A stretch of DNA of 64,000 nt from a candidate division FCPU426 bacterium. Lineage in GTDB: Bacteria > Oederibacteriota > JAAXVQ01 > JAUVAV01. The notes beneath the pieces were generated by a model that saw nothing but the letters and a program-made list of their open reading frames with translations, made no database searches and was not told the origin of the DNA. Both the position numbers and the translations under genes were made by a program. The stretch covers positions 57,576 to 121,575 of the forward strand of contig DAOWGI010000027.1 of assembly GCA_030637655.1 (NCBI GenBank). Direction: 5' to 3'. This document shows positions 59,539-64,000 of the stretch, piece after piece. Position 1 is the first letter of the stretch. Each line of letters begins with the position of its first letter.

Positions 59539-61452
59539 TTGCGTATAATTAGGTTTTCCAACAAGGCAAAAGGATATCAAACTGTGACAGAAAATGCCAT
59601 AATTAAAACCACATCCAACATACTTAAGAAGATCGACATTGCTTTCGCCGCTTATTTCATCTTCGTTTTTTTGTTGTTAGGCATCCTGCGCGCCCAATAT
59701 CCGTTTGAGCTTGAATTATTTGAAGGATATACTCTGGAACATGTCCAGCGCATTTTACGCGGCCAGAAAATATATATCGCCCCGGGTCTTGATTTTGTTC
59801 CTTTCATTTACACCCCGCTATATTATCTTCTTTCGGCTTTGCTGGCATTGTTCCTGGGGCCTTCTTTTTTCACTCTACGGATGCTTTCCATCATGGCGAC
59901 ATTCGGCGTTTTCATCCTGGTTTATTTATTCGTCAAAAACGAAACCCAAAGCAAAACGCACGGAATAATTGCAGCAGGATTGTTCGCGGCAACCTACAAA
60001 ATCTGCAATACCTGGTTCGATATTGCACGCATTGACTCCCTTTACAATTTCTGGCTGGTATTTTCAATCTACCTGTTGCGTTCATCCCAAAATAAATACC
60101 GGATATTTATTTCCGGTATTTTGTTTACACTTGCTTATTTTACCAAGCAATCGGTCATTTTGTTTTTGCCTCCGTTGGTATTGTCGATATTTTTTCTGGA
60201 AAGGAAAAATGCCTTCAAATTGGCATTTTTTACGGCCACCGCCATTTTCGTTATCAGTATTTTTCTGGATGTCATCCATAATGGTTGGTTTAATTATTAT
60301 ACCTGGAAATTGCCGCTCACCAACACCCTGGATCGCGAACTTTTGCCCCTGTTTTGGAGTCGTGGTCTTCTCAAACCTTTGTGGATTACCATCCTTTTTA
60401 TTGCAGCATATTTTATCAAGGATATGATCATCTCTAAAAATTACACCCAGAACAGTTTTTGCTTTTTCATACTGACAGGACTGTTGGGATTGTCTTTCGC
60501 CGCCACCGGAAATCTGGGAAGCAATTTAAACTCCATGATGCCGGTTTATATCGGTATGGCCATAATGTTTGGAATATCCAGTCATCGCGTTATTTCATGG
60601 TTGTCAAACAAGGAAGTAGTCAAATTAATCGTACACCTGTTGATTATCATACAGTTCAGCATACTGGTTTATCCCCCTCAAAAGCAATTGCCCTCGCAAA
60701 CAGACAAATTATCCGGCCGGCATTTTATGGATATCCTAAAGAAAATCAATGGACCCGTATGGATTCCCGCTCATGGTTATCTGGCAACTATGGCGGGAAA
60801 ACCAGCCTATGCAAATCTGCCTGCAATGCATGAAATTCTGCGCACCATATCCAAACAGGAAGATAGTGCAGGGAAATCATTCCTTCAATCATTGGCATCG
60901 GCACTTCATCAGAAAAAGTTTTCCGCCGTTATTCTGGACATGCCTTTTGTACAATATCCGGAATTAAACAACGTCCTTCTGGAAAACTATGAGTTGCAGG
61001 GCAAATTATTCCGCAAACATGACGGCTTTGTGCCTTTGATCAACAAAACACGTCCGGAGCTTTTATACCTTCCAAAAGGCTCGACTGCTGACATTGCTAC
61101 TGATATTCCAATCTATAGGATCGAAAATATCCATAAACCTGGTAGGGCAAATGCTCAAAAGGGTCTCATTAAAAGAATATTAGCTGTTGCCAAAGATAAT
61201 AGTGAATACGGCAAACTAAATAATATGGGCATATCAAAAGCAACACAAGGTGATATGCATGCAGCAAAACAAGTATGGCTACAGGCCCTGGAAATCAATC
61301 CCCAGGGTCCGGAAGCGCATGCCAACCTCGGCGTTTTCTACGAACGCTTTGGTGATCTTGAAAAAGCGCTTCAGCATTACAAAATAGCAGCAAAAGAACT
61401 CGGAAGCCCCTGGAAAGAATATGCTGATCAGTTAAATAATAAATTTAAATAA
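59539..61452 (+). CDS. GT-C (ArnT/PMT-like) glycosyltransferase with C-terminal TPR
   Basis: EG...IY...YTPLYY, R.LS, ARIDSL and FTKQ; many TM helices; TPR at the C-terminus; start uncertain (GTG at 59584 possible). Confidence 0.75.
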   Translation: MRIIRFSNKAKGYQTVTENAIIKTTSNILKKIDIAFAAYFIFVFLLLGILRAQYPFELELFEGYTLEHVQRILRGQKIYIAPGLDFVPFIYTPLYYLLSALLALFLGPSFFTLRMLSIMATFGVFILVYLFVKNETQSKTHGIIAAGLFAATYKICNTWFDIARIDSLYNFWLVFSIYLLRSSQNKYRIFISGILFTLAYFTKQSVILFLPPLVLSIFFLERKNAFKLAFFTATAIFVISIFLDVIHNGWFNYYTWKLPLTNTLDRELLPLFWSRGLLKPLWITILFIAAYFIKDMIISKNYTQNSFCFFILTGLLGLSFAATGNLGSNLNSMMPVYIGMAIMFGISSHRVISWLSNKEVVKLIVHLLIIIQFSILVYPPQKQLPSQTDKLSGRHFMDILKKINGPVWIPAHGYLATMAGKPAYANLPAMHEILRTISKQEDSAGKSFLQSLASALHQKKFSAVILDMPFVQYPELNNVLLENYELQGKLFRKHDGFVPLINKTRPELLYLPKGSTADIATDIPIYRIENIHKPGRANAQKGLIKRILAVAKDNSEYGKLNNMGISKATQGDMHAAKQVWLQALEINPQGPEAHANLGVFYERFGDLEKALQHYKIAAKELGSPWKEYADQLNNKFK

Positions 61453-61557
61453 TTGTTGTGAACACACAGCTGGTTTCTTAAAAACCCTGGTTTCGTATTC
61501 TCCACTTATCCTATATAATATATCAATTATATGCATGCTCACTGAGGAGTTGCTGCT

Positions 61558-62856
61558 ATGTCCGTGGATAACCGCAAAGCCATCTGGAGTTGGAGTCTGT
61601 ACGATTGGGCGAATTCCGCCTTTTCCACTACTGTGATGGCCGGTTTCTTCCCTGTCTTTTTTAAGCAATATTGGAGCCTGGGTGTGGATCCCACGCTTTC
61701 CACCGCGCGTTTGGGTCTGGCCAATTCTTTGGCCGGCATCCTGGTGGCGCTCCTGGCTCCCTTACTGGGAGCTATTGCTGATCAGGGCAGTGCGCGCAAA
61801 AAATTTCTCGCTTTCTTTGCTTTTTTAGGCGTGGTTATGACCCTGGCTCTCTTCTTTGTGAACAAAGGACAATGGGTATTTGCAGCCGGATTTTTTGTGA
61901 TTGCCACGCTTGGATTTTCCGGGGCCAATATATTTTATGATGCTCTTTTGCCGAGTGTTGCCTCCAAAAAGAAAATGGATTTTGTTTCCACGCATGGCTA
62001 TGCCTTGGGTTATATTGGCGGCGGTCTGCTCTTTGCCGTGAATGTGGCTATGACCATAAACCCAACAGCCTTTGGTCTGGCAGATTCCGCCGCGGCAGTA
62101 CGAGTCTCATTCTTAACAGTGGGTCTATGGTGGGCGCTCTTTACCATTCCCCTGCTTTTGTATGTACAGGAATTAAAAAATCCTGTGCCGCCGGCACAGG
62201 GCTATGTGCTGGTACGCGGGTTCCGACAGCTGGCCCAAACCTTTCATGAGATCCGAAAGCTCAAAGTCATTTTTCTCTTTCTGCTCGCCTATTGGTTTTA
62301 TATTGATGGTGTGTACACCATGATCCGCATGGCTGTGGATTATGGTATGTCCATTGGTCTGGCTTCCAGGGATTTGATCCTGGCCTTGCTGCTGACCCAG
62401 TTTGTGGGCTTTCCCTCGACCTTGGCCTTTGGAAAACTGGCAGATCGTATTAGCGCCAAAAAAGCAATTTTAATTGGTATTGTCGTATATTTGGGCGTTT
62501 CTGTTTGGGGCGCTATGATGAAATCCAGTTATGAATTTTATCTCTTGGCTGTTACCATCGGTCTGGTTCAAGGCGGTATCCAAGCCTTGAGCCGCTCCTA
62601 TTATGCCAAACTCATTCCTGCGGAAAAATCCGCCGAATATTTCGGCTTCTTCAATATGGTCGGTAAATTCTCGGCCATTCTCGGTCCGGTCTTGATTGGC
62701 GGGGTAGGATTATTTCTACGTTCACTGGGCACCGGCAGTGTACTGGCGTCCCGCTTAAGTATCACCTCTATTGGGATTCTGTTTATTATTGGCGGAATAC
62801 TATTCGCTTTGGTTAAAACGCCTGCCCAGGACGCTGAGCATGCCAAATACAAATAA
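61558..62856 (+). CDS. MFS transporter (UMF1/Atg22-like)
   Basis: WSLYDWANSAF, PLLGAIAD, FYDALL, GYALGYIGG, QALSRS and EYFGF...GK. Confidence 0.9.
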   Translation: MSVDNRKAIWSWSLYDWANSAFSTTVMAGFFPVFFKQYWSLGVDPTLSTARLGLANSLAGILVALLAPLLGAIADQGSARKKFLAFFAFLGVVMTLALFFVNKGQWVFAAGFFVIATLGFSGANIFYDALLPSVASKKKMDFVSTHGYALGYIGGGLLFAVNVAMTINPTAFGLADSAAAVRVSFLTVGLWWALFTIPLLLYVQELKNPVPPAQGYVLVRGFRQLAQTFHEIRKLKVIFLFLLAYWFYIDGVYTMIRMAVDYGMSIGLASRDLILALLLTQFVGFPSTLAFGKLADRISAKKAILIGIVVYLGVSVWGAMMKSSYEFYLLAVTIGLVQGGIQALSRSYYAKLIPAEKSAEYFGFFNMVGKFSAILGPVLIGGVGLFLRSLGTGSVLASRLSITSIGILFIIGGILFALVKTPAQDAEHAKYK

Positions 62857-62925
62857 ACTACTCAAGTGTTGTTTCTGTGCACTCCGTGGCTGGCTTTGGA
62901 CTTTCTTTACCGTACAGGAGTTGTT

Positions 62926-64000
62926 GTGAACAAGACAATTATTGACTGCACCACTGCCATTGAAAACAATCCTAAGGATATCAGCGCTTATTTTAACCGC
63001 GGTCTGGCCTATGCCCGGACGCAGGACTTGAAAAATGCCATTGCGGATTTTTCCCGCGTCTTGGGCCGTGATCCGTCCCACGAAGGAGCGCGCTTGTGCC
63101 GGGGCTTGGCATATGCTGAAAAAAGCGACTGGCTAAACGCGCTCACAGACTATAACGCCGTCATAGAACAAAACCCCAAACGCGAAGACGCCTATTTTTG
63201 CCGCGGTTATGTCTTTGCCAGTCAAAAAAAGTGGGACCAAGCCATCACTGATTATTCCAAAGCTGTGGATTTGAATCCCGAATATGAAACCGCCTTCTAT
63301 AACCGCGGACTAGCCTACGCGGAAAACGGTGATCAAGAAAAAGCCATTGCCGATTATTCCAAAGTCGTCTCTTTGCATCCAACTCAAAGTGACGCGTATC
63401 ACAATCGCGGCACTGCCTATACGGAATTGGGCAACCTGCGCAAAGCGATCGCGGACTTCACCCGTGCCCTGGAAATTAATCCCAAGCATGAAGTGGCTTG
63501 TTTTTGCCGGGCTGTGGCACTTGCTCAAAAAGGCGACCTGGAAAACGCAATCGCCGACTACTCCAAAGCGCTAAGGCTTAATCCCGGGCGGATCGGTGCT
63601 TGGTACAATCGCGGCGCTGCTTATGTAAGAAAGGGTGATAAAAACCGAGCCATTGCTGATTTCTCCAAAGTTGTGGAATTAAATTCCAAGCACGCGGATG
63701 CTTTTTTTAACCGGGGTGTGGCCTTCGCGGAAAAAGACGATTGGGACAAGGCTATTGCTGATTTTACCAAAACAGCGAAGCTCAATCCCAAGTACGAGCC
63801 GGCGTATTATCACCGGGGGCTAAGTTACGCTATTAAAAAAGAGGTCAAAAAGGCAGTGGCCGACTTCAATAAAGCGCTGGCTTTGGCGCCGGAACATGAA
63901 GACGCGTACTATCATCGCGGTCTGGGCCATGCTAAACTGAAAGATCATGAAAAAGCCATTGCTGATTTCACCAAAGTGATTGGGCTTAATCCTACGCGTG
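62926..64000 (+). CDS. TPR-repeat protein (3' end runs off window)
   Basis: GTG after AGGAG; ~10 consecutive AY.NRG.AY...AIADF.KA..LNP repeats; no stop before the window end. Confidence 0.88.
   Translation, partial: MNKTIIDCTTAIENNPKDISAYFNRGLAYARTQDLKNAIADFSRVLGRDPSHEGARLCRGLAYAEKSDWLNALTDYNAVIEQNPKREDAYFCRGYVFASQKKWDQAITDYSKAVDLNPEYETAFYNRGLAYAENGDQEKAIADYSKVVSLHPTQSDAYHNRGTAYTELGNLRKAIADFTRALEINPKHEVACFCRAVALAQKGDLENAIADYSKALRLNPGRIGAWYNRGAAYVRKGDKNRAIADFSKVVELNSKHADAFFNRGVAFAEKDDWDKAIADFTKTAKLNPKYEPAYYHRGLSYAIKKEVKKAVADFNKALALAPEHEDAYYHRGLGHAKLKDHEKAIADFTKVIGLNPTR

Overview
Chromosomal window from a diderm, probably anaerobic bacterium. TolC, an outer-membrane barrel and a Re-citrate synthase-like gene support this; the lineage cannot be determined from sequence alone. 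Most genes are on the minus strand. In order: icd and Re-citrate synthase; a MoxR-DUF58-Bat operon with a BatB-BatC fusion; two tandem NlpC/P60 peptidases; a degenerate NtrC-like regulator next to two small paralogous 'FPWW' ORFs behind a sigma-54-type promoter; an NSS-KtrB-KtrA transport operon; a type I R-M defence island with DUF4062, Bro-N and M48 passengers; yjbQ, a TPR protein, an SDR, tRNA-fMet, gpmA, DUF1846, pgi and a MarR-TolC-RND operon; tRNA-Leu(UAA) overlapped by a DUF501 gene; ftsB, roadblock genes and aroB; an outer-membrane barrel, an MNT-HEPN toxin-antitoxin pair, an IS91-like remnant, a secreted NHL/FG-GAP protein, a GT-C glycosyltransferase, an MFS transporter and a partial TPR gene. 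Two signals stand out. The first is the sigma-54 promoter / twin FPWW microprotein / pseudo-enhancer-binding-protein module at 15.9-18.2 kb. The second is a modular family of nested, TA-flanked miniature inverted-repeat elements whose ends repeatedly coincide with stop codons. All calls come from reading motifs by eye; no database searches were run.
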